Shown here: positions 1 to 9,238 of the stretch, one piece after another | How the letters are laid out: every line of letters starts with the position of its first letter | Numbering within the stretch: the stretch's first letter is position 1 | DNA from: Candidatus Altimarinota bacterium | GTDB taxonomy: Bacteria > Patescibacteriota > Gracilibacteria > UBA4473 | NCBI GenBank assembly: GCA_965231215.1 | Contig: OZ246423.1 | Coordinates: forward strand, 768,001 to 832,000 | Reading direction: 5' to 3' | DNA: 64,000 nt | Translations under genes and position numbers: made by a program | The notes under the pieces: model-generated | What the model was told of the DNA's origin: nothing | Seen by the model: only the letters and a program-made list of their open reading frames with translations | The model's database searches: none

Positions 1-882
1 ACACGGGAAATTACCCGCAAAATTTTATCGGAAGAACTTGAGGTTCACTCTCGGGATCTTCGGCCGATCTTTTCGGTGAGCCAGGTGGCTACCATCATGC
101 CTCGAGGGAAAGGCATTGTGGTGAACTTAGGGGTGATAAAAATGTGTGTTTTAACCAATAAAGTAATAGTTTTTAATTTGGATGAATCGGAAATTGCAGA
201 AAAATTCATCCCCAACCTTATAGATAAATTAAAGGCAGAAAAACCATCTACAGATTTTGAAGCCTTTATGTTGGATTTTGCCTTTAATCACAAGGTAAAA
301 AAAATGAGAAGTGTTTTGGAAGCCTTGGAAAAAGCCGTAGAAAAAATGCTCAAAAAGATTCAGCGTTTTGCCGATGACAATTCACTTGAAAAACTACTAG
401 CACTGAAAAAAAGAATCTCAAAATTTGAAATTATTGTGAAAGAAAATGATGCTGCGGCTTTAGAAATATTGGAAGATGATGAAGAGTTAGCAGATCTTTG
501 TTTATCGCAAAAGAAAGCCAAAACCAAAAACATTAATTTTGATGAAATTGAATCTATCCTGGATTCTTTTACCGATCAAATTGAACAAATCGATTACAAG
601 CTAAGCAACCTAAAAGAAAATATAGATGACACACAGGAGATTATCACCCTCAAGTTACATCATCGCCGAAATACCATTATACGGTTTGATTTGATAGCGA
701 CGCTTGTTACCGCGTTGTTTTCATTTTTAGCCGTAATTACCGGTCTGTATGGCATGAATATCCGCAACAACCTGGAAAGCAACCACGAAGCCTTTTGGGG
801 TATTGTGATGATATTTGGGATTTTAGTGTTGATCTTTTTGGGGTGGACGTGGTGGTATTTGCGGCGAAATAAAATTCTCTAA
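1..882 (+). CDS. CorA/Mrs2-family Mg2+ transporter, 5'-truncated by the window edge
   Basis: Frame is open from base 1 (TREITRKILSEELEVHSRDLRP...). GMN motif (GLYGMN) lies between two C-terminal TM helices; RDLR and LEDDEELADLCLS motifs match the Mrs2 type. Confidence 0.85.
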   Translation, partial: TREITRKILSEELEVHSRDLRPIFSVSQVATIMPRGKGIVVNLGVIKMCVLTNKVIVFNLDESEIAEKFIPNLIDKLKAEKPSTDFEAFMLDFAFNHKVKKMRSVLEALEKAVEKMLKKIQRFADDNSLEKLLALKKRISKFEIIVKENDAAALEILEDDEELADLCLSQKKAKTKNINFDEIESILDSFTDQIEQIDYKLSNLKENIDDTQEIITLKLHHRRNTIIRFDLIATLVTALFSFLAVITGLYGMNIRNNLESNHEAFWGIVMIFGILVLIFLGWTWWYLRRNKIL

Positions 883-1442
883 CGATCATCAAAATCTTTT
901 TCAAAAAAGAAGCTGGTAATTAAAAAGGCAATAGCGGGTAAAGAGAACCAAATTTGGTAGTAATCAATCAATACTTGAGCTAATAAGGACTGCTCATATA
1001 CCTGAATTTCTTTAGCAAAAAGCATCCCTTCTACAAAAGAGTTTCCAGACATATAGATTAAAATTGTAGAGAGAAACAGCAAGGCCGAAAGCCCTGAAAA
1101 AAGTCCGTGTAAAAGCAGTCTAACAGCCCACCGTTCGTGTTTTTCTAATACCACATGAAACCCGCTTTTTACTACAAAAATAACCACCGCCACAATGAGT
1201 AAAATAATGCGTATCCAGGTAAAAATCTGTACTTCGTTTTCGCCAAAAAGTTGCTGAAATCCTGGAGAAGGGTCAAACACAAACCGCTTTAATACTCCAG
1301 CGACTCCATCAGAAGCTAAAATAGCAATATAGATAGATAGAATAAGTTTTATCGTAGAGTCTTGTCCTAGTAAAAAACTATAAGCACACAGCATTACAAA
1401 AGCTGACAGTATCACCAGGTTCCACGTCAGGGCAATTTCCAT
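879..1442 (-). CDS. Multi-pass membrane protein of unknown function
   Basis: 187 aa ORF with about 5 hydrophobic segments. Confidence 0.7.
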   Translation of the reverse strand: MEIALTWNLVILSAFVMLCAYSFLLGQDSTIKLILSIYIAILASDGVAGVLKRFVFDPSPGFQQLFGENEVQIFTWIRIILLIVAVVIFVVKSGFHVVLEKHERWAVRLLLHGLFSGLSALLFLSTILIYMSGNSFVEGMLFAKEIQVYEQSLLAQVLIDYYQIWFSLPAIAFLITSFFFEKDFDDR

Positions 1443-1567
1443 TCGTCCAGATTATGAACCATCACAGATTAATTACCAATTTTATTGTTTTTTTATAGCC
1501 CCACTTCGACCCCTAGAAAAGTCTTTTATAGCTTGAAAAAAAGTACTATCTGTGGTACAATTTCCTG

Positions 1568-2029
1568 ATGGTACTACGCTATAAGGTTCCGCAGAACGTA
1601 CAGAGGGAAGATCAAATTATTTGGTTTATCACTCTACGTCAGCTAATTGTACTACTTGTGACCGGTGGAATTTCTTACTTTTTGTACGTTACGCTCAGCA
1701 AAATTTATGTCCTTTCCCCTATAGAGATTTTTATTGTGTTTATGCCCCTGGTGATTGGAGCTGCATTTGCCTTTGTAAAGATCAAAGGGCTTAATCTAAC
1801 AAAGCTCTGTCTGCTGCTTTTAGAGCAAACTATTTTTTTGCCAGGACGAAGGTTTTGGCAGTCCAACACACACCCCTTTGTCTCAATGACTCAGCCTTTT
1901 TCACTTACCGAAAAAAAGGATGATGGCCCCAAACAAACGAAAGACTTTTCTAGAGAAAAAGTTAAAAACCTTGCTCATGTACTAGATACCGGAGGGTTCA
2001 AAAAAAAATCTAAACGTAAAAAATCATAA
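1568..2029 (+). CDS. PrgI-family (VirB3-like) membrane protein
   Basis: YKVPQNVQREDQII...TLRQL N-terminus and two TM helices, typical of PrgI. Confidence 0.8.
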   Translation: MVLRYKVPQNVQREDQIIWFITLRQLIVLLVTGGISYFLYVTLSKIYVLSPIEIFIVFMPLVIGAAFAFVKIKGLNLTKLCLLLLEQTIFLPGRRFWQSNTHPFVSMTQPFSLTEKKDDGPKQTKDFSREKVKNLAHVLDTGGFKKKSKRKKS

Positions 2030-2031
2030 TT

Positions 2032-2766
2032 ATGGCCAGAAAAGAAAAAGAAACCGTGCACACCAAGTCGAAAAACAAAATACTTTCGACCCAGAGGTAT
2101 TTGGACTTTGCTGGAGTTCATGATGATACGCTTATTCTCAAAAATGGTGGGCTCAGAGCCATTCTAGAAGTCAGCTCTGTCAACTTCAACCTCAAGTCAG
2201 AAGAAGAGCAAAACGCTATCATTTACGGATATCAAAGATTTGTGAATGCTCTTAATTTTCCTGTTCAGATTCTGGTAAAGTCTCGGAAGTTAGACATTGA
2301 TCAATACCTTGATAGTCTCAAAGAAAAACTTCGGCACCAACAAAATGAACTACTAAAGGCGCAGATGTCAGAATATATTGAATATGTAGCCAAGCTGGTA
2401 GAATACGCTGACATCATGGAGAAAAAGTTTTACGTAGTGGTGCCACAAAACCCACTTAGAGCTGAACAAAAAGGAACTTTGGTCAGTTTTTGGCAGAAGA
2501 TTCACCCGGATGATAAAGTAGAAGAAATTATCAAACGTCGAAAAGAATTTAAGATGCTTAAACGAGGACTAGATGAACGAATTAATATCGTTACTACCGG
2601 GCTCGAAAATTGTGGACTCAATGTTACACAGTTAGGAACCGAAAGAATTATTCAGTTGTTTTATCAATGCTATAATCCTCAACTTTCACGGCAAGAGAAA
2701 GTAGTTAAATATCAAGACTATGGATTGGATGATCAGCCAGAAGATAAACTCATCACCGAAGATTAA
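2032..2766 (+). CDS. TraC/VirB4 N-terminal-like protein of the CPR type IV secretion-like cluster
   Basis: STQRYL, SVNFNLKSEEEQNAII, LNFPVQI and FYVVVP motifs; starts 2 bp after the PrgI gene. Confidence 0.7.
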   Translation: MARKEKETVHTKSKNKILSTQRYLDFAGVHDDTLILKNGGLRAILEVSSVNFNLKSEEEQNAIIYGYQRFVNALNFPVQILVKSRKLDIDQYLDSLKEKLRHQQNELLKAQMSEYIEYVAKLVEYADIMEKKFYVVVPQNPLRAEQKGTLVSFWQKIHPDDKVEEIIKRRKEFKMLKRGLDERINIVTTGLENCGLNVTQLGTERIIQLFYQCYNPQLSRQEKVVKYQDYGLDDQPEDKLITED

Positions 2767-2767
2767 G

Positions 2768-3199
2768 ATGATTAAAAAAAATTATAGGTTTATTTATTTT
2801 TACAGGCCTCCCTCGGGTGAGGAGCGGGGATCAGAGGGGGAGCCAGAATACACAGAGAATCAGCGTAGAGCTTTGAAAAATATAGAGTTTGTTCAAACTC
2901 AATTAACTGATGGAGAGGATATTCCAGGGTTTTTAACGGAGTGTCTAAAACTCATTAAAGGCTCAACTTTTCTTAATAATGTTACAAACCAAGAAGCTTT
3001 AATAAATTACTTTGCCTCCCTTGACGCTCAGACTTTAGTTGTTGAAATTGAAATCAAGATTCCCTCATTGGTTCAAGATTTAACTTCGAAAAACCCAGGA
3101 ATTGAAATAATAAAATTTAAAAATCAATCCAAGTTTTACAGAGAAATCGTAGAAGTTTATTGCCGAAACTTTAGAGTAGACGGAGTTTTGGCAGATTAA
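2768..3199 (+). CDS. Hypothetical protein (N-terminal RFIYF motif)
   Basis: In-frame ATG 1 bp after the upstream stop codon; no recognisable domain. Confidence 0.6.
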   Translation: MIKKNYRFIYFYRPPSGEERGSEGEPEYTENQRRALKNIEFVQTQLTDGEDIPGFLTECLKLIKGSTFLNNVTNQEALINYFASLDAQTLVVEIEIKIPSLVQDLTSKNPGIEIIKFKNQSKFYREIVEVYCRNFRVDGVLAD

Positions 3200-5226
3200 A
3201 AATATACTTTCTCTGACACAATATGTTTTTGTAGTTGAGGGTATTTGGTGAGTTCTAGATCTGCTTCTAATATTTTAGTGGCCCAGTCGCGGGCATTTTT
3301 CATCATTGCTATATCATTAAAGTCGGCGCACTTGAGATCTGGTAAGCCACTTTGTCGAAGCCCATAAACTTCTCCCGCTCCACGAAGTTTCATATCAATT
3401 TCTGATAAATAAAATCCGTCATTACTACGCTCCATAGCTTGAAGACGAGCCTTAGATTTATCCTCAGGATTACCGACCATCAGAAAACAGTAAGATTGAA
3501 AATCATTTCGCCCAATTCGTCCTCGGAATTGATGGAGTTGAGCCAGGCCAAACCGTTCTGAGTTTTCAATTACCATAACGGTAGAATTTGGTATATCTAC
3601 TCCTACTTCTATCACAGAGGTGGAGACCAATATATCAAATTCGTGGTCTTTGAACTGAGCCATTATCGAGTCTTTTTCTTTGGCTTTGAGTTTGCCGTGT
3701 AAAAAGTTTACGCGACGTTTTGGAAATATTTGTTCGGCAATTCGGACATACTCATCATGCACATTTTTGGCTTCAATCTTGTCGGATTCATCTACCAGTG
3801 GGCAGACCCAAAAAATCTGTCTCCCCTTCTGAATCTGGTCATCTATGAATTTATAACACAAGGATTCGGTTTGAGCATCAGCCACAATACGGGTGATGAT
3901 TTCTTTTCTTCCAGCGGGTTTTTCACGAATGATAGAGAGATCCTGATCTCCATAAACCGTTAAGGCTAAACTTCTAGGAATAGGCGTAGCGGTCATCGCT
4001 AACACATGACTATTATTGCCTGCCAAGAGAGCTCTTTGCTCTACTCCAAACCGGTGTTGTTCATCTATCACTGCAAATCCAAGGGTTTTAAAGACCGTAC
4101 TTTCTGTCAGAATAGCGTGGGTGCCAACGATGATTTTAATGTCACCATTTTTGAGTTTGGCTTTAATTTTTTCTTTATTTTTGGCCGTTACAGAGCCGGT
4201 GAGTAGTTCATAGGTTCCAGTGTCAAAGAGTCCAAACTTTAGGAGAGAAGAGAAGTGTTGTTTGGCAAGAATTTCAGTGGGGGCGAGTATCGCCACTTGG
4301 TATCCAGCTCGGACAACCTGGAGGGCGGCGAGTAGACCAATAATAGTTTTTCCGCTCCCTACATCTCCTTGTAAAAGCCTGTGCATTGGACGATCCTTGG
4401 CAAAGTCTTCAAGGATGTCGGCGAGAGCTTTTTTTTGGTGAGTAGTGAGTGCGAAGGGAAGTTTGGCCAAATCTTGTTTTGTCACCTCAGGATCAAAAGA
4501 AATCTGATAGGGGTTTTTGTGCGTTTTTTCACGATGGATTTTCGCCTGCATAACTCGGAGTTGAATGCTAAAAATTTCCTCAAAACCAAGTCTATGTTTA
4601 GCTTTTTGCCAGTCATCTCCACTTTTTGGGAAATGAATGTTTTTTATAGCTTCGGACTTTCCCATGAGTTTTTCTGTATCCAAAATTTCCTGTGGTAGCA
4701 CTTCGGGAAAGTCTTTCGTAAGGGGGAGTAATCCATGAATTTTTTCTCTAAGCCACTTAGAGGTGATCGGTGGAGACTCTGGATAAATAGGCCTAATGCC
4801 GCCTATGTGTACATTTTCTTCCAAGTGAATTTCGGGATTTTTGCACTGAATAGAACCGTAATTTCGTTCTACCTTCCCCACTAAAAATACTCTTCGCGGA
4901 AGTGGTATATTTTTTAATTGATAGGGAATTTGGAACCAGACGACTTCAATACTACCTCCATCAGCAAGGACTAAATGGGCTTTCCCCAATTTTTTGCCAT
5001 TTTTAGTTCGTACTTGAGAAAAGTTTTGAAGAGTGCCCTCTAGTGTGTTTTTTTCCCCCAGTATGAGTTGGGCCACTTGGTTAGTTATATCAGTAGATTC
5101 TAAAGCTCTTGGGAAGAACCCTAAAAGATCTTCTCCTGTATAAATCCCCATTAAATTGAGTTTTTTAATGTGGTTTTTGGTCGTCCGTAGTATCTTTTCT
5201 AGTGGCGTCTTAATCATGGGTAACAC
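3196..5226 (-). CDS. recG: ATP-dependent DNA helicase RecG
   Basis: RLLQGDVGSGKT, DEQHRFGV, MTATPIPRSL and QLHQFRGRIGR motifs. Confidence 0.97.
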   Translation of the reverse strand: MLPMIKTPLEKILRTTKNHIKKLNLMGIYTGEDLLGFFPRALESTDITNQVAQLILGEKNTLEGTLQNFSQVRTKNGKKLGKAHLVLADGGSIEVVWFQIPYQLKNIPLPRRVFLVGKVERNYGSIQCKNPEIHLEENVHIGGIRPIYPESPPITSKWLREKIHGLLPLTKDFPEVLPQEILDTEKLMGKSEAIKNIHFPKSGDDWQKAKHRLGFEEIFSIQLRVMQAKIHREKTHKNPYQISFDPEVTKQDLAKLPFALTTHQKKALADILEDFAKDRPMHRLLQGDVGSGKTIIGLLAALQVVRAGYQVAILAPTEILAKQHFSSLLKFGLFDTGTYELLTGSVTAKNKEKIKAKLKNGDIKIIVGTHAILTESTVFKTLGFAVIDEQHRFGVEQRALLAGNNSHVLAMTATPIPRSLALTVYGDQDLSIIREKPAGRKEIITRIVADAQTESLCYKFIDDQIQKGRQIFWVCPLVDESDKIEAKNVHDEYVRIAEQIFPKRRVNFLHGKLKAKEKDSIMAQFKDHEFDILVSTSVIEVGVDIPNSTVMVIENSERFGLAQLHQFRGRIGRNDFQSYCFLMVGNPEDKSKARLQAMERSNDGFYLSEIDMKLRGAGEVYGLRQSGLPDLKCADFNDIAMMKNARDWATKILEADLELTKYPQLQKHIVSEKVYF

Positions 5227-5403
5227 TCTTATAATAGCTAAAGCCCTAAAAAACGGCGAATTTCTTCGTCCTCAAACTTCTGAGTTTTTGAGCCCTTTTC
5301 TTTGTTGAAGGCAAAAAACAGCAAAAAAATTTGGCAAAATACAAAATTTGCTGGAGAATTACGTAGAACTTCTTAAAGAAGCCTTTGTTTTCACCCTTTT
5401 ATC

Positions 5404-5778
5404 ATGAAAAAATACCTTGCTCCTGGCCTCGGCCTTATGACTGCTGCTGCTTTCTTCATAGATCCAGCATTTGCTCAACTTATCGACATTAACGATAGCC
5501 CCACTGAAATTCAAAATGTAACGAACTCTGAAACTAGTTTCAGACAAATGGTGCTCCGATTTATTAACTTCTTCCTCTTTTTCCTCGGACTTTTAGCCAC
5601 AGCCTTTGTGATCTATGGAGGATTCCTTTACATCACTTCTCAAGGAGACGATGCAGGCGTAGAAAAAGCCAAAAAAATTCTTACCTTCTCCGCTATTGGG
5701 ATCTTGGTAATCCTTGTTTCTTTTGCGCTTATCAACACGATCCTCACTGCTGGGCTTGGGAACAGAGCCCTCACGTAA
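5404..5778 (+). CDS. TrbC/VirB2-family pilin
   Basis: Signal peptide ending AFA, then two TM helices around YGGFLYITSQGD...KAKK. Confidence 0.85.
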   Translation: MKKYLAPGLGLMTAAAFFIDPAFAQLIDINDSPTEIQNVTNSETSFRQMVLRFINFFLFFLGLLATAFVIYGGFLYITSQGDDAGVEKAKKILTFSAIGILVILVSFALINTILTAGLGNRALT

Positions 5779-5803
5779 AAAGAGTATTTTTTCAAAAATA
5801 TAT

Positions 5804-5835
5804 AAAAAGCCGTCAGTTTATGACGGCTTTTTTTT
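5804..5835. terminator. Bidirectional intrinsic terminator
   Basis: A5-GCCGTCA-gttta-TGACGGC-T8 between convergent genes. Confidence 0.85.
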
Positions 5836-6910
5836 ATCGATCCCACTTGCAAGTTTCTATCACGGCCTGCATTTGTTCAAAGGTGAGTTGTCCTGGCTGA
5901 GCTCCGAGTTTTTGTATAACAGAGGCAGAGCTATGACTGGCCCAAAGAATTTGTTCATTTAAAGGTTTACCGTGTACTTTAGCCGCAATAAGCCCTACAG
6001 AAAAAGCATCGCCGGCGCCTAAGGTATCTACTCGGTGGACTGCTTGAGCAGGAGCTAAGAAATGGGCTTCTTTTGTAAAGACTTGAGCCCCTCTAGCGCC
6101 ATCAGTAATGGCCACTTGTGAAACGCCTGCATCTAGGAAGGCTTTTGCCAGTTTTCGGACATCACAGAAGAATTTAGGAACGTGCTCTGTTCCACATTTT
6201 ATTTTGGTTCCAAATTGCTCAGGAACATAGGCGTTTGCCTCGTGTTTAGTAGATTTAAGCCCGGTGAAATATTCGGCTTCTTCAACGGTTAAGATCAAAA
6301 TGTCGGTTTCTTTAAAAACGGGCTTAAAGTAATCAAACCCTTTTTTGAACTGTGTTTTTCCCGGGTTCCATCCAAAGATGCCGCCCCCATGTTTTTTCTT
6401 CCAGTCAGGGACTTCTAGCAAAATATCATTGGCACATTCATACAGGTGGCTGATGTAAATACTTTTGGCTTTAGGCGCTTTTCGGAGGTCTTCTTTATCA
6501 AAGTGGCTGCAGCTGGTTCTTTTATGAAAAACGGTTCGTTCTCCAGTCCAGGTATTAAGGATGACGGAAAAAGAAGAAGACTGATTTTTTGCTATGTCTA
6601 GGTATTTAGTTTCTACATTATGAGTTTCAAATTCTTTAAGGATAAAATCGCGGTTAGATTTATCTCCCAAAACGCCAAAGGCCGCGACTTTAAGTCCCAA
6701 TTTTGAAAACCCGATAGCAGAATTTGCAGAGCCTCCTCCACAAAAAGACAAGGCATCAGAAATCTGAATTTTTTCCCCTAAAACTACATCCAGAATGTTT
6801 TGACTATTTTCATCGGTACGAATATTCATATCCGCACTTTCTGGAACTTTGATAATTATATCCAAGGTAATAGACCCGAAGGTAAGAATATCAAATCCTG
6901 GCTGTTTCAT
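5834..6910 (-). CDS. PfkB-family carbohydrate kinase
   Basis: GGGSAN and VDTLGAGDAF signature motifs. Confidence 0.93.
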   Translation of the reverse strand: MKQPGFDILTFGSITLDIIIKVPESADMNIRTDENSQNILDVVLGEKIQISDALSFCGGGSANSAIGFSKLGLKVAAFGVLGDKSNRDFILKEFETHNVETKYLDIAKNQSSSFSVILNTWTGERTVFHKRTSCSHFDKEDLRKAPKAKSIYISHLYECANDILLEVPDWKKKHGGGIFGWNPGKTQFKKGFDYFKPVFKETDILILTVEEAEYFTGLKSTKHEANAYVPEQFGTKIKCGTEHVPKFFCDVRKLAKAFLDAGVSQVAITDGARGAQVFTKEAHFLAPAQAVHRVDTLGAGDAFSVGLIAAKVHGKPLNEQILWASHSSASVIQKLGAQPGQLTFEQMQAVIETCKWDR

Positions 6911-6949
6911 CTAACCATTATATCACAGAAGTACCCATTTTACAATGGT

Positions 6950-7594
6950 TTAAGTCCCATGGGCAAAGGCAATGGCATATACTTTTTTCACTCCGGCTGA
7001 TTTGAGGGTTTTAGCGGCTTCTTCTAAGGTGCTTCCCGTTGTCATTACATCATCTATAATGAGTACAGTTTCAGCTTTTATGGCTTTTTTGAGAGTAAAA
7101 GCTGATTGTATATTTTTTTGTCGTTCAGATTTTGAGAGCCCTATCTGCTGAGGGGTCTTTTTCGTTCGTTTTAGTCCCTTAAAAGAAGGAATATTGAGAG
7201 ACATTTGATCAACAATTAGCTCGGTCTGGTTGAAGCCTCTAGCTAGTTTTCGAGTCCAGTGAAGAGGCATGGGGACAAGGAGGTCTACTTTTTTAAATTT
7301 GGGGGGTAAATCCTGTTTTATTTTTTGTGCTATGAGTTCAGATAATTCTTTTTTTTGATAAAATTTTAGATGATGAACGAGTTGACGAACAGCTTTATGA
7401 TCAAACGCAGTCCGAACCCATAAGTCATCTACATATTTCCATTCAGTAAGGGGCGGCAAGGGGGGGGAGGGGGGAAGCGTAGTGTGATTTTCACACAAAA
7501 AAGCCCCTTCTTCCTTACAGACTAAACACTTTTTAGGGAAGAAGGCGGCTAGTAAATAATGATAAACGAAGGAGGCCTTATTGGCGGATTTCAA
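6950..7594 (-). CDS. comF: ComF-family competence protein (PRTase fold)
   Basis: CxxC zinc knuckle, PMPLH, RGFNQ and IIDDVMTTGST motifs. Confidence 0.9.
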   Translation of the reverse strand: MKSANKASFVYHYLLAAFFPKKCLVCKEEGAFLCENHTTLPPSPPLPPLTEWKYVDDLWVRTAFDHKAVRQLVHHLKFYQKKELSELIAQKIKQDLPPKFKKVDLLVPMPLHWTRKLARGFNQTELIVDQMSLNIPSFKGLKRTKKTPQQIGLSKSERQKNIQSAFTLKKAIKAETVLIIDDVMTTGSTLEEAAKTLKSAGVKKVYAIAFAHGT

Positions 7595-8126
7595 AATTGT
7601 CAGATGAAGATTGAGATCTAAATGGAGAAACTAACTGATTAATTGAATCACGAATAGTTCCATATTTTAGGTAGTCCATGAAATTCAGTCCGAACATCCG
7701 CCCTACAATAGTAACGAAAGTAAAACTAAGGATCGTTACAATCAGGCCAATAATTGAGTAACGGATAGTGTTAATGGCTTGTTTAATTTTTTCATCATTC
7801 CCTCCAGACAGGATAAAGGAAACCCCTCCAATAAAGATAAATACAGCCGACAGGGCGGCCGCAATAATGAAAGCATAGACCACAAACATTTGGATTAATC
7901 CCATAATAGTGAACTCTTGGAGCGTGCTGGTATCTATATTGATGTTCGCTCCAGGATCATACCCATAGCCTCCAGCATCATTAAAACTAGAAGTCGGTTC
8001 TGATGTAGCGCTACTAGTGGTACTGCGAGTCCCATATTCAATTCTTTCACTTGGAGGTGGAATTTGGTCTACAGGGATGCCCTGAAAGTCTTCATTGATT
8101 GCCGGTATAACTCGATTATCGTCCAT
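7578..8126 (-). CDS. VirB2-like pilin with an N-terminal extension
   Basis: FIFIGGVSFILSGGNDEKIKQA motif flanked by TM helices. Confidence 0.75.
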   Translation of the reverse strand: MDDNRVIPAINEDFQGIPVDQIPPPSERIEYGTRSTTSSATSEPTSSFNDAGGYGYDPGANINIDTSTLQEFTIMGLIQMFVVYAFIIAAALSAVFIFIGGVSFILSGGNDEKIKQAINTIRYSIIGLIVTILSFTFVTIVGRMFGLNFMDYLKYGTIRDSINQLVSPFRSQSSSDNFEIRQ

Positions 8127-8159
8127 GAAAATAGGATAATTTTTAAAATATGTATTATT

Positions 8160-8420
8160 TTAAGCGGTTGGTTCTAACACTTTCAAGTTAATTCGCTCGT
8201 TTTCTCGAGCTCCAATAATTCTTACCAATGTTCTAAGAGCCGAAATAGTTTGCCCATTTTTACCGATAAGTTTCCCCATATCGCTATCGGCTACATGGAC
8301 AGAAATGAGGATGCCCATTTCATCGGTTCGGTGCTCTACTTGGATTTGGTCTTTTTCTTCACAGATTTGATCCAGAATGTATTTTACAAAATCAACAGCG
8401 GTTTTAATAGATTCAGACAT
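8160..8420 (-). CDS. khpA: KH-domain RNA-binding protein KhpA
   Basis: DMGKLIGKNG KH motif; lies downstream of rpsP. Confidence 0.9.
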   Translation of the reverse strand: MSESIKTAVDFVKYILDQICEEKDQIQVEHRTDEMGILISVHVADSDMGKLIGKNGQTISALRTLVRIIGARENERINLKVLEPTA

Positions 8421-8462
8421 GATATTGTTTGGTTAAAGTTTAAAGTTTTGGTGCGAAAAAAA

Positions 8463-8918
8463 CTATTCAGCTTTTTTTTCAGCGTCGGGGGTTTCGGCCG
8501 GGGCTTCCTCTTTGGTCTCAGCTTCTTCGGCTTTTGGTTCTTCGGTAGGAGCTTCTGGTTCTGCATCGTTACTGGCTTCAGCCGCTGGTTCGGCCGGAGT
8601 TTCTTCTACTTCTTCTTTTGGGGGTTCAGTTTTCTTTGGTTTGGTAGGTCTGGTTTTGATAAATTTTCCAGCCAGCTCACAGCCATTTTTGACTAATAAT
8701 CGAGCTACCGCTTGAGAACATTGAGCCCCGTTATTAATGTATTTTTCAACGAGTGATTTGTCGTATACTAAAGTGCCTTTTCCTCCATCGGAAAGAGGAT
8801 TAAAGTGGCCAAGCTTAGCGATGAATTTTTTCTGTACTGGGCGAGATTTTTCAGCGGCCACAAGATCAAAAAAAGCCTGTCCTTTTCTTCCACGACGAGC
8901 GAGTCTAATAATTAACAT
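8463..8918 (-). CDS. rpsP: 30S ribosomal protein S16 with an acidic C-terminal tail
   Basis: MLIIRLARRGRK...LGHFNP...GAQCS sequence. Confidence 0.93.
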   Translation of the reverse strand: MLIIRLARRGRKGQAFFDLVAAEKSRPVQKKFIAKLGHFNPLSDGGKGTLVYDKSLVEKYINNGAQCSQAVARLLVKNGCELAGKFIKTRPTKPKKTEPPKEEVEETPAEPAAEASNDAEPEAPTEEPKAEEAETKEEAPAETPDAEKKAE

Positions 8919-9195
8919 GTGCGTTGGGTTTTAAGAGATTGAAAAGTGAGGTAATAACGCATAATTCCCCCTGAAATGTGGAGCGAATATAGTTTTCAAT
9001 GGGAAAGTGTCAAGATATTATTCCTCAATTTATAAAAGGTTTATATTCATTTTTTGGCCCCGCAAAAAACGAATCAAAAACCGCCCCCCTGATGAAATTT
9101 TAAAAAACTAAATTATGCACTTACTAAATTTTGAAAATTCGCTTCGCTCAGACACTTCAAAACTTTCTCAAAGGGGGAAATTCGGACTTGGAAAG

Positions 9196-9236
9196 ATTGT
9201 TTAAATGTTTATTGTTTAAATGTTTAACAGTTTAAA
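9196..9236 (+). repeat. Short tandem repeat (ATTGTTTAAATGTTT x2 plus partial copy) immediately before glmS
   Basis: Copies at 9196-9210 and 9211-9225, followed by aacagtttaaa. Confidence 0.7.
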
Positions 9237-9238
9237 TT

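Noticed and set aside
3730-4698. Short antisense ORFs within recG (and similar ones in uvrA, aroC, ftsK and the adhesin)
   Set aside because: They are shadow frames of well-supported genes on the opposite strand.
7450-7476. G-rich tract in comF as a phase-variation site
   Set aside because: It is interrupted and in frame, encoding PPSPPLPP; there is no sign of slippage.
8463-8640. Acidic low-complexity tail of S16
   Set aside because: Such extensions are common in S16 proteins of many phyla.
8990-9238. glmS ribozyme upstream of glmS
   Set aside because: The conserved AGCGCC...GACGAGG core is not present.
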